NCBI GenBank assembly: GCA_047967505.1
Contig: CM106538.1
DNA length: 64,000 nt
Source: Dipteris shenzhenensis
Lineage: Eukaryota
Strand: one strand, 5' to 3'
In this document: piece after piece, positions 1 to 14,841 of the stretch
Layout: each line of letters starts with the position of its first letter
Numbering within the stretch: position 1 is the stretch's first letter
Notes under the pieces: generated by a model
The model's database searches: none
Seen by the model: only the letters and a program-made list of their open reading frames with translations
Told to the model about the DNA's origin: nothing
Translations under genes and position numbers: made by a program

Positions 1-3000
1 AGTGTCATGTCCAAGTGGCACGGGAATCACTGCTACTCTTCCCAAGCCTCTGCAAAGTTAAGTGTCTCCACAACTGCTAGGTCTTGGAGAGTGGCATATG
101 CTGCTACTGTGGTAGTGGAGGATGTAATCTAACCCTCGTAAGCAAAGCATGAGTGGATCACACAAGCATATAGCTCTTGGAGCCATGCTTCTCCCAATGG
201 CGAGTGCGCTTGTGAACGCACGATCTTGTACTCGCCTGCGGTTGCCGTTAGGGTGCACTTTTGTGTTCTCATGGGGGGCATGCCTGCTATAGCTGGCTCA
301 TCTTGAGTAGCATGTCTAGTGGAGGTGTCTTCATCCTATAAGTCCTCCATGCTTATTTTGGTCGGCATTCAAATTGTGGCCGAAGGAGTGGTCTGAGAAT
401 CTGATGGGCCAGTGGCCTCTAGAATAGGGCGAGGGTGGAGACCCAAGTCAGCTTTGAACTCATAGAAGTCATGTTTGGATTCCATGGCAAACAGAAGTGG
501 AAGTTGCATGATGAGGGAATCGGTGGATGAGGAAGAACAAGAGGACATAAATTTGCCGGTGGGGATGTAGAGGAAGTGGGCAAGAAACTATCAGATTTTT
601 GGATAAATTTTGACATAGTTTTGCTGTAACAGCTATGGCAATGACCCATAGTGGGGTAGGCCTACTTGTATAGATTTCTATCCCCACAATCGATGGGATA
701 TTGGTATGGCGACGATCGGTGCTGAATTTGATGGTGACAGCCACCGGCGAACCTCGATGGCAACGATCGGCATGGAGTGTCTTATGCTGTGACCGGCATG
801 GTACTCGAATGGCAATGGGGCGGTATTGTTTGGCTGGCGATGACCTGGTGGGGTATTGTTATTGTGACGGTCGACGGGGGTCGGTGGTGTAATGGCTTGG
901 CGATGGTCGACGATGAACATTTCAGTGATGGTCAGTGGGGAACATTTCGATGATGTCAGTGGTGAACATTTTAGCGATGGTTAGCGGGGTAGTGATTGTG
1001 TAAGAATAGGGAAAAGAAAAGGAAGGGGGAGTGGGGTGGGGAAAAATGTCGACTGAGCAGAGTGCACTTGTGTTGTGCAACATGATAGTGAGGTCAGCGT
1101 GCAAGAACATGAACACTTGTAAAAATGCAAGAATGGACCCGAATCACCTGGTGCTAACCGTGTGTGTGTTTCGTGTGCTCGACAGGGACTAGTGGGCCAT
1201 GGGTGCATCGCGTGAGATGCCTACCGTACTAACTCACCTAGACCTAGACGTGATGACTATGATGAATGCAGTGGAGGTAGGTGTCGTACTGCAGCATAGT
1301 AAGTGAGGAGCCATGTAGAGTATGTGTCCAGCTTGTCCTTACCTTGGACGCCAAAGGCACCTTTGTGTCAGACTTGGTTGTTGTCGCGAGGTTTGACTTT
1401 GAGTGTCCATCCCCAAGGTGAGGTTCTTGTGTAACTCTTCATGGGATGGAATTCGGGTATTGTAGAGTTCCTCAACTGGTGGTGGCGATGCCTGTGTTGA
1501 GTCAGGCTACCCATGGCACCAGGGTATATTTGGTACCTTGAGGCTGGCCTACAGTTGGCAGGTTCTTGTGATGTTGCCTTTGATGCCTTCGAGGTTTGCA
1601 CTGTCTTTTTTTGGATCCAAGAGACTTTGTTGTCTTGGCTACCCAAACGGGTGGTGTTGCTCGAGGTGGCGGTGGATGAGGCATGAGCGTTGGGCGCGGC
1701 TTTCTCCAGGTAGTGAATGTGTGTGGGGGAAGTGATCTTGAGGTGACTGGAGCTGCTGTTGCTTTGTTACCATTCTCTAGGCATTAGTTCCGATCGAGGT
1801 GATGTTGGGTGCAGAGGATAGCATCTCGTACTTGCAGCTCTCGAATTTCTTGAGCAGAGGATGGTAGTGTTGGCTGAGTGTGCAATAGCATTGGTTTACC
1901 AACACTACAATGAGCTTTCTTCTCCTTTCGAGTTGGGCCCTTAAGTGGTGTGCTGGTGGAGGCTGGGGCTTCTAGTTGGCTTTGTTGCATCACTTCATTA
2001 TCGTGAATCGGTGAGGTTGGGGCCGAAGAGGGGGGGTTTGGTCTGCACAATGGGACTACCACCGTTTGACCACCATTGGTAAGCGAAGCAGTTTGGGCAT
2101 GCAAGTCGATTTGGCAGTTGATGACGTAGCACTATGCGCATGCGTGGTACCTATAGCTGAACAAGCAACTTGGCTGGCTCTATTGTTAGCTCATCCATTA
2201 GTTGCATCTGTTCAATCGTTGCCTTAAGCAAGGTCATTTATCTACATTGTTGGATCTTTGCATTATGAATTCTAGCTTCCTCGATGGCCTGGCATTTCAT
2301 CCTGGCCAGCTCTGCCTTGAGTTCTTTTTCTCTATGCACGACTTGAAGGGTGGAGATAGTGAGTGGTCTGTAGTATGTTTTCAATTTACTTCTGTTTAGG
2401 TAGCCATCCATTTCTGTTCCATCAAGGGTGGCTATTATGCACGACCCTTGGGGAGTGATCTCAACTATGCGGTAAGGACCCATACCTCAGTACTTAAGCT
2501 TACATTTGGTGTTGCGGACACTATACAAGAGTGCCAAGTCTCCTTCTACCAGATCCTTGTTCTTTGGGTTGCGATCGAACCACTTTTTACATCCGGCCTT
2601 TTCTACTCGGAGAGCATAGGCTGCTCACAACCTTGTCTCTTCTAGCTTTTTGAGGTCGACTAGCCTTTTGGCTAGCTCATTTTTCGTGAGTATTTCTTTT
2701 ACTGCAAGGTGGAGGCTAGGCACTACATACTCCATTGGCATTACTGCCTCTACCCCAAAGGCTAACTTGAAGGGGGTACAATGTGTTGCCACTTTGTAGG
2801 AGGTCCTGCAGGCCCATAACGCTGCTTGAGCTTATGCACCCAATCAGTACGAATGGCTTCTATAGTACATGTGATAATCTTATAGCAAGTTTTGTTGGAG
2901 CTTTCAGCCAAGCCATTTGCTTTGGGGTAGTATAGCATTGACTTCCTATGAATGATCATAAACTCGCTCATCAGGATTGCTATGGTTTCGTTGGAGGAAG

Positions 3001-6000
3001 TAAGTTCCTCAGTCATTGACTAACTCCAACCAGCATCCAAAGCACGTGATGACTTGTTCATATAAGAATTTGGCGGTGGATGCATCATCCTTTACCGTGG
3101 CTCTTTCTTCTACCCACTTGGTGAAGTAGTCGGTGGCTAGGATGATGTATCGTGCCCCGGTCCCATTAGCGACTGGGCTTATGGGACCAATGAAATTGAT
3201 GCCCCACTTCTCGAAGGGTTGGTCAGCCAACATCTCGGTCAGGGGCATCATGTCTAACCTGTGTGGGATTTGGATGCGTTGGCAGGGGTCATATCATTTG
3301 ACAAATTTGGTCATGTCTCCGAATAGTGTTGGCCACCAGAGACCAACTTGCAGCACTTTACATGCTGTAACCTCGACAGGCAAAATGGCTGCCTGCAATT
3401 CCTGAGTGGGCTTCTTTAAGCACCTCGATGTATTCATGTTCACATACGCATCTTCACAGTATGCCATCCTTACCCACGTGGTAGTGTTGGCTTGCTACTA
3501 TCAGCTGATATGGCGATGCATCCTTAATGAGTTTATGGGCTTTATCCTTCTTGAGGTCTTGGCCTAGGGGTAGTCCGTTGGCCAAGTGGTGGTCAATTTT
3601 GGTGGCCCATTTTGGAATGACGTCGAGGAAAAAGAGGGAAGCGTTGGGGAGATCATCCTCTACTCCCGTTGGAGCTTTGCCGTTTGGGATCCTCGATAGG
3701 TGGTCGGCTAGAACGTGGGTTTTGCCCTTGTGCACAAGTCAAATTCTAGTAGGATCAGCATCCACCTCATAATGTGTCCCGTCATGCAGGGTTTGTTAAC
3801 CAAGTACAACAATGATTGATGGTCCATGAAGAAGACAAACTTGTTGGCTAACAAGTAGTGCATGAACTTCTTGACTGCATAGACCATGGTGAGACCCTCT
3901 CTCTCGGTGGTGGTGTAGTTAACTCCAGCCTCATTTAGTTGACGGCTTGTAAAGTATAATGGGTAATCCAAATTATGCTCCTCGAGCTAGGCTAACACAC
4001 ATCCAATGGCAAAGTTAGAGACATCAATGTGGATGTCGAATATTAAATTCCAGTCGGGAGACCTCAGTACTTGGGCAGTGGCTAGAACTAGCTTGAGGGT
4101 TTTAAAGGATGTTTGGCATTCTTTGGTCTACTCAAAGGATACTAGCAGTTTGTATAATGCCAGGCTATGTTGGCGTAGAACAAGATAAACCTCTGGTAAT
4201 AGCCCATATGCCAGTAAATCATTGGACTCCCTTAGCATTGGTGGGAGGTGGCAACTCCAAGATGAGTTTGATTTTGTTTTGGTCTGTAGAGATTCCATTC
4301 GGGGACACTATTTGACCCAAGATGACACCATGTTTGACCCAAAACTAGCACTTAAGGGGGTTGAGGGATATGCGGTACAAGTGACACGTCTCGAGGATGA
4401 ACCTAAGATACTTCAGGTGGTCATCCCATTTCGAGTTCACGCAGATATCATCCAAGAAGACTTCCACAAAGTCCCTCAAGTATTCCTTGAATACCATAAC
4501 CATCATACATTGGAAGGTATTTGGGGCATTGGTTAATCAGAATATCATAACCCTAGCTACATATACACCCCATTCAGTTGCGAAGGTGGTCTTGTGTTGA
4601 TCTTGGGGGACAATTGAGACTTGGTTGTAACCTGAAAATCCATCTAGGAAGCTAAACGCTTCCTTTTCAAATACCCTTTCTAGAACATGTTCCGTGAATG
4701 GCAAGGGGTAGTGGTCACATCTCATGGCCACATTAACCTTCTTCAAATCCATGCATACTCTAATTTTTCCATTTTTCTTTAAGACTATCACAATGGGTGA
4801 TACCTAGTCTATATGCTCGATCTCATAGATGAATCGTGCATCTATGAGTTTTTGGATTTCTTCCCTCACTATGACTGCGAATTTAGGATTCATAGGATAG
4901 GGGCATTGCCGTACTAGCCTGGCATCATACATCATGGGGATTGTATGCTAGACTATTGTGGGAGGTACCCCTTTCATGTCCATGTACTTCCAAGCCATGC
5001 AGTCCTTATATTCCTGTAGGAGAGCTATTAAGGCATTCTACTCACTGGGAGTGATGTCATCGGTGAGGAATATGGGTTGTGGGTCCTACCTTTTCGGGGC
5101 CAAGTTTACTTCCTTGACCGGAGCTAGTCCATCATACCCTTGAAACAACCATCCTCTCGAGATCTTTTGGCCTTTTGGTATAAGATCTTATGATCTAGAA
5201 TAGTATATGCCTTGTAGTGTGTTGGTACCTACCGTAAGTCTTCTTTATCCTCAATCCCCTTCTCTTTTTCTCCCAGAGCAGTGGACTTTTTGTATATAAG
5301 ATCTTATGATCTAGAATAGTATATGCCTTGTAGTGTGTTGGTACCTACCGTAAGTCTTCTTTATCCTCAATCCCCTTCTCTTTATCTCCCAGAGCAGTGG
5401 CCTTGGCCTTGCCTTTGTATATAGGGGATTTGGTACGTGAAGGGGGCTCCTCCCTTGTACTTATAGAACCGATGGTGGTGGTTACCTTACTTATCATGTG
5501 TCCCCAGTTAGAGGAGAACTCATGGTGGGTGCTCGTGGCACCTACGTAGGATAGCCAATGAAGATCTGATTTTACCCTTATGGTTCCCTCGCTTACTTCT
5601 CAAGATTTGAGCATATTGAACATCCTTAGGGGAACCACCGAGGTCACAGAACCTTTGAGCTTTGGGGTGGTGATCTGAAACCCTACTCTTTCTTGGACAT
5701 CTATGTTGGCTAAGATGTGCATCCAGTTCTGTGACAATTATGGCTCTGGAGGAGGTGCCAGAATTCATCAGACTCCTTCTCATCCTCTTCCTTTTCACAG
5801 GGTTGAAATAGCTTTACAGAGGTGGTTTGGGCAGTGGTGTTGGACTTTGCAGCAGCAAAGAGGTGTCCTAACAATGGGTGGGCCTTATAGGTGTGCAGGT
5901 CCACTCTCATGGTTTGCTCCTCGTGTCGCAAGTAGATATTATTCATTGCACCAATCATGCATGAGGCCAAACATTCACAAGAAGGGTCTGCCTAGGATAG

Positions 6001-9000
6001 CTTCATATCCACGCTGTCGACGAGTGAAGTCCATGACCATGAACCTGATAGGATATGTGAATCCAAACACCTTAATGCTTATTCCAGTCAACACTCCCAG
6101 AGGTTCAGTGGTTTCTCCATTGGCTAGCTTTACGACCAAATGGGTCTCCTCAACTGCGGGTTTTCCCCCATTTTTCCTAGCATTCCTTGGTGCAGACACT
6201 CACTCTTGCTCCCCCATCTAGGATGGCTTCCACCTTTTGGTTTTGGTAGACTATAGGGATTGAGGCGTTTGTGTCATCGCCCTCGAAAAACTGGCCTAGC
6301 TTGTTGATGGGAATCTTGGGTAGGTTCTGCCCCTTTTCTAGCATTTATTGGTTGGGCTTAGGGTTGGTAGGGGCTGGAGGTAGGAACAGTCTATTCATCC
6401 AATTGGACACGTCACACCATAGGATGGGATTTTCTCTTAGCAGAGATGCGATCAGCATTTTCACTTCTGTAGATAGGAAGACAATTAGCCTGGCACTATC
6501 GTAGGGTTCTGGTAAAGCTTCTTCCTCCATGGACAACATGTCATCAAAGCCGTATAGGTCTCCTTCGTCTTGAAGGTTATGTAGCATTGGGTCTTCTTGG
6601 AACATCTTCTGCATCAGATTCGGAGCTTCCAACTACTCCAAGCTAAGGTGTTCCTCTTCCTCCACTCTCTGGGACCTTGAGCAATTTTGCTCCTCGATGC
6701 CCCATCAGGTGGACTGGATGGATAGTATCTCACCCCCTACTAGCCTTTAGTCGATGCTCAAACTTATCTTGGCTCACACACCAAGTTCTGGGCATCCTTT
6801 ATGTATTGCTTTTCTAAGACCGGGTTAGGGTAGGTCTCTTTATAGGTGGGTGCTGATGCCAGCAGGCCCTGACCCTACACTGGTCTATTCACTTTTGAAA
6901 TCAAGGGTACATCAAGGTCACCCTAGATGGAAGACTGTTTGGAAGTAAAGGAGGTGGCAAGGGTAGCTGTCTCCTCATCAGGACCATCCTGGATGAGCAC
7001 TTGGTCAGAATTGTCACCTACTCAAATGGCCTTCTTGGAACAAGTTAGAGGCTGTAGAGGAATCTTGGGACCGGGAAACGGGGATACATTACCCTTCTTG
7101 GTGAGCTTCTTCATGGCCTTGCCTAGTGCCTTAGCCTACATCCTTGTAATGACTTATAGTGGCACTGCAACCACATGGCCTTGTTCGATGCTAAGCAGAT
7201 TGAGGCTGGTGCTCTTTGGTAGGGTGAGTGGAGTGGTTGGTCTTCTCATGGGATAGTCCTGGAATAGATGCTCCGTGCCACATCCTACACACAAGGGAGT
7301 GGGGTTGGTTGCAGTTTGGGTGGTGGGCATATGATCCCTATATGGATAGTCCTTCAAGAAGTGTGGGCCCTGGCATTTGAAATAGGACACCAGTGGGTTT
7401 GAAGTGCCTCACTAGGGGCATTCACCTGCTCTATGGGGACCTTAGCAGGTATAACATTGGAGCGGGGGCCTCTGAGAAATTGAGTTTAGATCTCTTGCTC
7501 TTGCATTTATGGGGGCAGTCTAGAATACGGGGACTTATTGATCCTCTAGTGGGAGGTAGTGAGTCAGGGCTCCACTCCCCTCCTCATAGGGGTAATAATC
7601 ATGAGTTCCATGATTAGGATCTGTTTCCTCCTAGTCATTGGGCAACTCTTCAACCAACACTTGATTGACTGGGGCGATGCAAGGTAGCAAGGGTTGTGGA
7701 CCTAGTATGGGTGGTGGCAACAGAGCTAGCTGAGCCCGGTACTAGTAGCTAGTGCTAGCCACAGGGCCACCTTGCAAGATCTGGGGGTTGGGTGGGGCTA
7801 TTAGGGCCAATGGCGGTCGCATTTGATACATGGGTTGGGGAAGGGACCTTTGGAATTGACATTGGGAGGTATCATGGTTTCCCCACCTATGGCAATGTGC
7901 ACAGTAGAGTGCCAACCTTGCCCTTAGGTGCGGGCACTCATTGGATGGGTGGTTGCCATTGCATATCCCACAGTAGACATTTTCTCTTCGTGGAAACAAG
8001 TGGGGGTTGCTCGGTGCCTCCTTGGAGTTCCTATTCTCCATTGCTGACCTACCTACTCCAATAGATTGGAGGCTAGCTCACTCACATCCAAGCTTTTAGG
8101 CTCGTTAGCCTCCTTCTTGCTTGACTCTACACTCGAGGACCTAATCAATGGGGCTACTTTGGAGGGGGCCGAGGCCTTGTCCAAATCCACTTTGTCCATC
8201 ATATATTCACATATACGAATGGCCACCTTGCTGCATAGATCAAAGGAGGTGGGTTCATCACCATGAGGTGGTCGTGCAGCTTTGGGTCTACTAACCCGAT
8301 AAGGAAACGAGGCAACAATCGTTCATCTCGCTCATTCGCTCATAGGGTTCACAGCGAGCATTGAGGTGCTTAATCCTAGCAATGTAATCCCTCAAGGATT
8401 CCTTGTCGTTTTGTTTTACCCCATACAATTGGTTGATCGAGCTCCATTTATGGCCGCTGGGGGTGAATCCCACAAAAAAAAGCTTTCTCAATGTCTCCCA
8501 CTTTATCCTTTCCTCTGGGGTGAGAGCCCTATACCATTGACCTGCCTTGCTATCGAGGCTAAGACCGAATGCATTGGCCATCTCAAGGTCACCTAGTGCA
8601 CCAAAGGTTTCACAAATCTGCTCGAACCTTTCCACGTGGAAGACTTGGTCTCCTTCTCTGAGGAATTTGGTCATTAGCTTGGAAATGGCTGTGGGATGGC
8701 TTCTCGAGGGATTTTCCATCCCTGCAAGGAACATTGGGGCAGGTGGAGGTGGTGTTGCCACCCCTTGCTAGGGTATTCACCAAAATACGCATTGCCTCGT
8801 CAATAAACACCGTTTGAGTAGCTACCGAGGGTGGTTTTGTTGTGGGTCTGATGGGTCGCAGGGCTGCCTTAGGCCTGGACCAGGTGGTGGTGTCCATGTA
8901 GTTGCTAGTGTCGACATTGGGATAGAAGTACCCATGCCTACGTTCATTGGTGCAATTGGTATAGGCAGAAAGGGGCAGACTCCCAAAGGCAGTGGGTCCT

Positions 9001-9359
9001 GGGGCATGGTAACGTTGGTTCCATGTAGCGGGCGGTAGGGTGGAAACTGTGGTGCCCCATAGTTGACGAAGGTTGGTGGGGCCGAGGCTATTAGAGTGTC
9101 ATAAGGCATTCCACTTTGGAAGTTCCAATATCCCCTCGACTCGGGTACTATCTGTGGAGTTCCCTCATCCATGTTCTCCCACTGAGGGGTCTGGCGTAGG
9201 CAGAGGAACCTAGATTGACAAAGGTAGTTTCTATCCCGGTCTATGGCTTGGGGACTGTATGTTGCTGGCCTTCCCTTCCTACGATGGACATGCCAGCAAA
9301 GGGGCTCTCCATGTCTGTCGACTTTGTTTGTCCTAAGCAGCCAAACATATTAGAGAATG

Positions 9360-12300
9360 TGTTGAGATATCAAGCTCTACCCCCGATATATCTCCTGGAT
9401 GACTATCATTTATGTCACCGCCTATGTTAGTTGTACTCGTGGTGTAGTTAGACTACCACGTATGTTTTTGGTTTGGGTTCACATATGAACCACGTATTCT
9501 AGGTTTTGACATATAGGGTATTTCCCTCTTCTATTGTATCGTTGTTGTGTGCAAAAGTGAAGAAAGGCTTCACCCTCCAACCTTGTGTCCTCTCTCTTTT
9601 GTGTGTTGTGAAGAAAGCTGAACTTGAGTCTCCTATCTCTCTCCCTTATTCTTTACATGGTATCAGAGCCTTGTTCGTGGTAAGGAGCTCAAGAAAGCAA
9701 GCCAAGTTTGTGGTGTCCTGGTAAGAGGACCAGTGTTGCTTTCCTATTTCGAGTTTGGGAGCAAATCTCTGCAGGTAGCACAGCCAGAAGTGCAGGAGTG
9801 CACTGTTTCAGATTGAGAGGCCCTTCGTGGTGTGGCGAGAGCACAGTATATGCTGCGGGTAAGGGCGAAGCCCTTGGTGACTTTATTTTTCTGATTTGAG
9901 GCCATTTCGGGGCCCGTTTTGAAGGCGGAAGTTCTTCGCAGGCACTCAGAAAAAGGCCCTGTTTTTGCTGTGTGACCAGCGCGCGGCTAGTCGGTGGAAA
10001 GGTGCCACAGAAATTGCATTGTATGCCTGTGTGCAGAGATATTGGGAGTTGCAGATTCATGCCTGTTACCTGTTGATGCAAAATCGTCACTAGGAAGTGA
10101 CTGTGTGGTGAAATACTACTTTCGTCAGTGTTGCAGATCTGCCCCTGTGAGGTTTTTTGCAGAAGTTTTGCTATTTGCCCTTGTGAGGCATTTGCTGTGT
10201 TTACAGGTTGCTGTTGCAATTCGTGATTTGTAAAATGTCTGAGAATCTGTCTACCATTGTCAGTGAGAAGCTTGACAAGAACAACTTCCAAGCATGGAAG
10301 TTCAGGATGACAAACTTCCTTATGGGAAAGGGAGTTTGGGAGTACATCAGTGGTGAAACTGCAGAACCAGTTTTGGGTGCTACTCCTACTCCTGCTGAAT
10401 TAAAGGCCTTTAAAGAGTGGCATGAAAAAGCCAGAAAATGCTTGTATTGGCTGTCTGTTAGCATTTCAGATTCTATGATTGTGCATATACAGGATGTAGA
10501 GACACCTAAGGAGGCATGGGATACATTGGTGAAGCTGTATAGCACAAATACCAAAGCATGAAAGATGCAGCTAAAGCAGGAGTTGCACAATGTGCAAAGG
10601 AAAAATATGAATATAAATGAGTATTCCTTGAAGGTGAAAGGCCTTGCAGATTCTCTTGCCTCCATTGGAGCACCTGTTGATGATGAGGACTTAGTGTCCG
10701 TGACCTTGAATGGTCTTGGGAAAGATTATGCACAGTTTCGGACATCCATTGGAGTCCGTGAAACATTTCCTGATTTTCAGGAACTTATTGCTCTCTTGCT
10801 GAGTGAAGAGAAAAGGAATGGTGGTTTAGCCACCTCAACTTCTCAAGAGACTGCTTTCTACTCGAATACAGGTAGAGGCAGGGGTAGAGGAAGAGGCCGT
10901 TTTGGTGGCCGTGCAGGAAATCAGAACCAACAGCAACAACAGGAAAACCAGTCCTATGGAGGAGGACGTGGTAGTTCTAGAGGCAGGGGGAGCCAAAGAG
11001 GCCGTGGTTCATGGCAAAGGAACCAGCAAGTAAATAGCAGCACAGAATGCTATTATTGTGGAAAGCCTGGACACAAGGAGAATACATGCTATAAAAAGCA
11101 GAATGACATCAAAAGTGGGAAGTTGCAGCAAAGCAACTATGCATCATCAAGTGGGCATGGTGACGATAGAAATGAGCACCTTTTTGTGATGCAGCATATG
11201 GTTAACTCCATGTCAGGAGATGCTGCAGCTTGCAATGATGTTTGGTATGTTGATTCAGGTGCCTCTAACCACATGACCAGTCATGGTGAGTGGTTTCATG
11301 ATGTTAGAAATTTGGATAAGCCAGGTTATGTTGAAACAGGTGATGATACTGCGCACCCAATTACACAGGTTGGTAAAGTGCCATTGGCTATGCAGGATGG
11401 CAAAACGAAGTACTTGGCAGATGTACTTCATGTTCCAAAAATCACTAAGAACCTAGTTTCAGTAGGCCAGATGGTTGAGCAAGGTTTGCAGGTTAGATTT
11501 AATCCTGATGGATGCTTTGTTGAGGACTTGAAAAATAAGTGCCACTTGGTTGCGAAAGGCAACAAAAATGGCAGAATGTTCACCTTGGATGTTGATATGC
11601 CTGAGGTGAAAGCTGCTATGTTTGCGCATGGGAGAGGTGTCATTGCAGATATTGAGATATGGCACAAGCGCATTGGGCATGTGAATATACAAAGGCTGAA
11701 ATCTATGCAAACGAAAAACATTGTTGCAGGTTTGCCTAAATTCAGAGTTGAGGGAATGCAAAAGGTATGTGAAGCATGCCAAATGGGTAAGCAGGCCAGA
11801 CATGCATTTCCCAAAAATGCTAAGGTGAGCAGAAGACCTTTGGAAGTGATCCATTCAGATGTTTGGACAACCAAAGCTGCTTCTATTGGTGGATGCCATT
11901 ATTATGTGACGTTTATTGATGACTACACTAGGAAGGTGTGGATTTATTTTATGAAGCACAAAAGTGAAGTGTTCAGCCACTTCAAGGCTTTTAAGGCCAT
12001 GGTTGAAAAAGAGAAAGGTGTGCATATTAAAGTGCTAAGATCTGATGGAGGGGGAGAGTACTTTTCAGAAGAATTTTGTGAATATCTGAAAGAACAGGGA
12101 ATTCAAAGGAAGTACTCATGCAGGTCTACCCCTCAGCAGAATGGGGTTGCAGAAAGGAAGAACAGGCATATTGCATAAGTAGGACGGGCGATCCTAAATG
12201 AGAAAAACATGCCTGATTATTTTTGGGCTGAAGCAGTAGCAACTGCTGTTTATATTATGAACAGAACCCCCACTGCAGCTGTCCATGGCATGACGCCTGA

Positions 12301-14841
12301 AGAAATGTATACAGGCCAAAAACCAGATATTTCTCACTTGAAGGTATTTGGTTGCATAGCTTATGTTCATGTTCCTGATGAGAAGAGAACAAACCTGGAT
12401 CCAAAGGCAGAAAAATGCATCTTTATTGGATATGCTCTGCACCAGAAAGGGTATCGCTGTTATAACCCTTCCACCCGCAAAATGCAAGTGAGCAGAGATG
12501 TTGTTTTTGATGAAATGAGCAGCTGGTATGCACCAACTGTTATGGTAGGAGATGCAGATGCAGGAAATGGGAATGTTGCAATAAATGCAGAGCAGCAATC
12601 TCAAGCCTTGAGTGGACCCAGAGAGTCCTCTACTAGTGGATCTAATGCATGGACAGGGAGATTGAGATCTAGTGAATCGTCACATGGCAGCCCTGATAGT
12701 GTTGTGCAGGTATCACATAAGGGAAAAGAAAAAGTGGACCATGCTCCAGTGTTTGATGTGTCTGCTGGTAGCTCTCATGTTGATGGAGAGTCAAGTGGCT
12801 CTAAAATGAGCCTTGATGAGGAACTTGGGATTCCTTCTGTTGTTACACCCGGTGCAAGGAAAAGCAGGCATGATTTAAAGACTCCTACAACTGATCCAGT
12901 TGTACGGAGGTCCACTCGTATTAAGTATCCAGTTGACAGGCTGAGATATGATGGGTATACAGCACATCACTATGCTTATATGGTCAAGGTTCTGGAGGAG
13001 CCAGAGCCCACATGTTTTGAGGATGCAGCAGGGCATAAAAATTGGGAAGCAGCTATGGATGAAGAGATGGCTGCCTTGGATGCAAACCACACTTGGGATT
13101 TGATGCCTTTGCCTCATGATAAGAAGGCTATTGGCTGCAAGTGGGTTTACAAAGTAAAGCACAATGCTGATGGGTCTGTTAGCAGGTACAAGGCAAGATT
13201 GGTTGCCAAAGGTTTTGCACAGACATATGGAATTGACTATGAGGAAACTTTCAGCCCAGTTGCAAGGATGGCAACCGTGAGAGCAGTAATTGCTATGGCT
13301 ACTGCAAAGGGATGGTCTTTGCATCAGATGGATGTGAAAAATGCCTTCTTGCATGGTGATTTGCAGGAAGAGGTTTATATGATGCAGCCAGAAGGTTATG
13401 AGGATAATTCACACCCCTATTTTGTATGCAGGTTGCGCAAAGCCTTGTATGGCTTAAAACAGGCGCCGAGGGCATGGTCAGACAAGATCGGGCAATATCT
13501 TGTCACTATTGGATTTCAGATTTCCAATTCAGATTTTTCACTTTATGTGAAAAGGACAAACAGAGGGATTGTGCTTATAGTCATCTATGTTGATGACTTG
13601 ATTATTACAGGTGATAGTGATGCAGACATTAATGAAGTGAAGCTACTGTTGAAGCAGAAATTTGAGATGAAGGATTTGGGAGAGCTGCGTTACTTCTTGG
13701 GCATTGAGGTTATTAGATCCCCGAGTGGGATATGGCTGTTGCAAAGGCAATACGGTTTGGACATGCTGTCCAAATATGGGATGACAGGCTGTAAGCATAT
13801 CTCTGTTCCATTGGAGCAGAATGTGAAGCTCAATGCAGAGACAGGTGAGCTTCTTGAAGATATTACTATGTACAGGCGCATAGTAGGCAGCTTGATTTAC
13901 ATGACTATTAGACAGATTTGAGCTATGCTGTGGGGCTGGTGAGTCAGTTTATGCAGGCACCGAGGAAGCCACATTTGGATGCGGCTAGGCGCATACTGCG
14001 GTATGTGAAGTCCACATTGCATTATGGACTGTTTTATGAAGCTGGGTGTGCATTACAGGTACATGGATACACAGATGCTGACTGGGCTAGTCGTGTCTCA
14101 GACAGGAGATCTACTAGTGGTTTTATGTTTTCCCTTGGGAGTGGTGCCATCAGTTGGAGCAGCAAGAAGCAGCCAACAGTTGCCTTGTCAAGCACAGAGG
14201 CTGAGTACAGGGGTGCAGCAATGGCTGCATGTGAGGTAGCTTGGTTACGGAAGCTACTTGCAGATATGGGACAGTTAATTCATGCAGCAGTTGTCATTCA
14301 TTGTGACAACATTAGCAGCATCATGCTTGCTAATAACCCAGTTTATCATGCTAGAACGAAGCACATTGAGGTGCATTATCACTTTGTGAGAGAGAAGGTT
14401 CTAGCTGGTGAGATTGACCTTGTCTATGTCAGCACTGAGGAGCAGGTGGCTAATATTTTTACGAAGGCATTGGGTACCAAGAAGCTTCGTAGATTTAGGA
14501 GCTTGCTTGGTGTACGTGAGATGGATTTGAGCTTGAGGGGGAGTGTTGAGATATCAAGCTCTACCCCCGATATATCTCCTGGATGACTATCATTTATGTC
14601 ACCGCCTATGTTAGTTGTACTCGTGGTGTAGTTAGACTACCACGTATGTTTTTGGTTTGGGTTCACATATGAACCACGTATTCTAGGTTTTGACATATAG
14701 GGTATTTCCCTCTTCTATTGTATCATTGTTGTGTGCAAAAGTGAAGAAAGGCTTCACCCTCCAACCTTGTGTCCTCTCTCTTTTGTGTGTTGTGAAGAAA
14801 GTTGAACTTGAGTCTCCTATCTCTCTCCCTTATTCTTTACA
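9360..14841 (+). mobile_element. Full-length young Ty1/Copia retrotransposon
   Basis: 298-bp LTRs at 9360-9657 and 14544-14841 (TG...CA, 2 mismatches seen). TSD GAATG at 9355-9359 and 14842-14846. PBS TGGTATCAGAGCC (tRNA-iMet) at 9658-9670. PPT GAGGGGGAG at 14535-14543. Confidence 0.98.
10235..14586 (+). pseudogene. Copia gag-pol polyprotein with two premature stops and one frameshift
   Basis: gag, CCHC knuckle (CYYCGKPGHKENTC), protease (WYVDSGAS), integrase (IHSDVW...LRSDGGGEY), RT (YVDDL) and RNase H (YTDADW). Stops at 10559-61 (TGA) and 12176-78 (TAA), frameshift at ~13910-13920. The reading frame ends inside the 3' LTR. Confidence 0.95.

Noticed and set aside
1-2200. env-like gene in the Gypsy 3' region
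   Set aside because: Only short fragmented ORFs and no motif I can support.
9689-13354. Long minus-strand ORFs (200, 154, 148, 159 aa)
   Set aside because: Antisense shadows of the Copia leader and polyprotein with no recognisable motifs.
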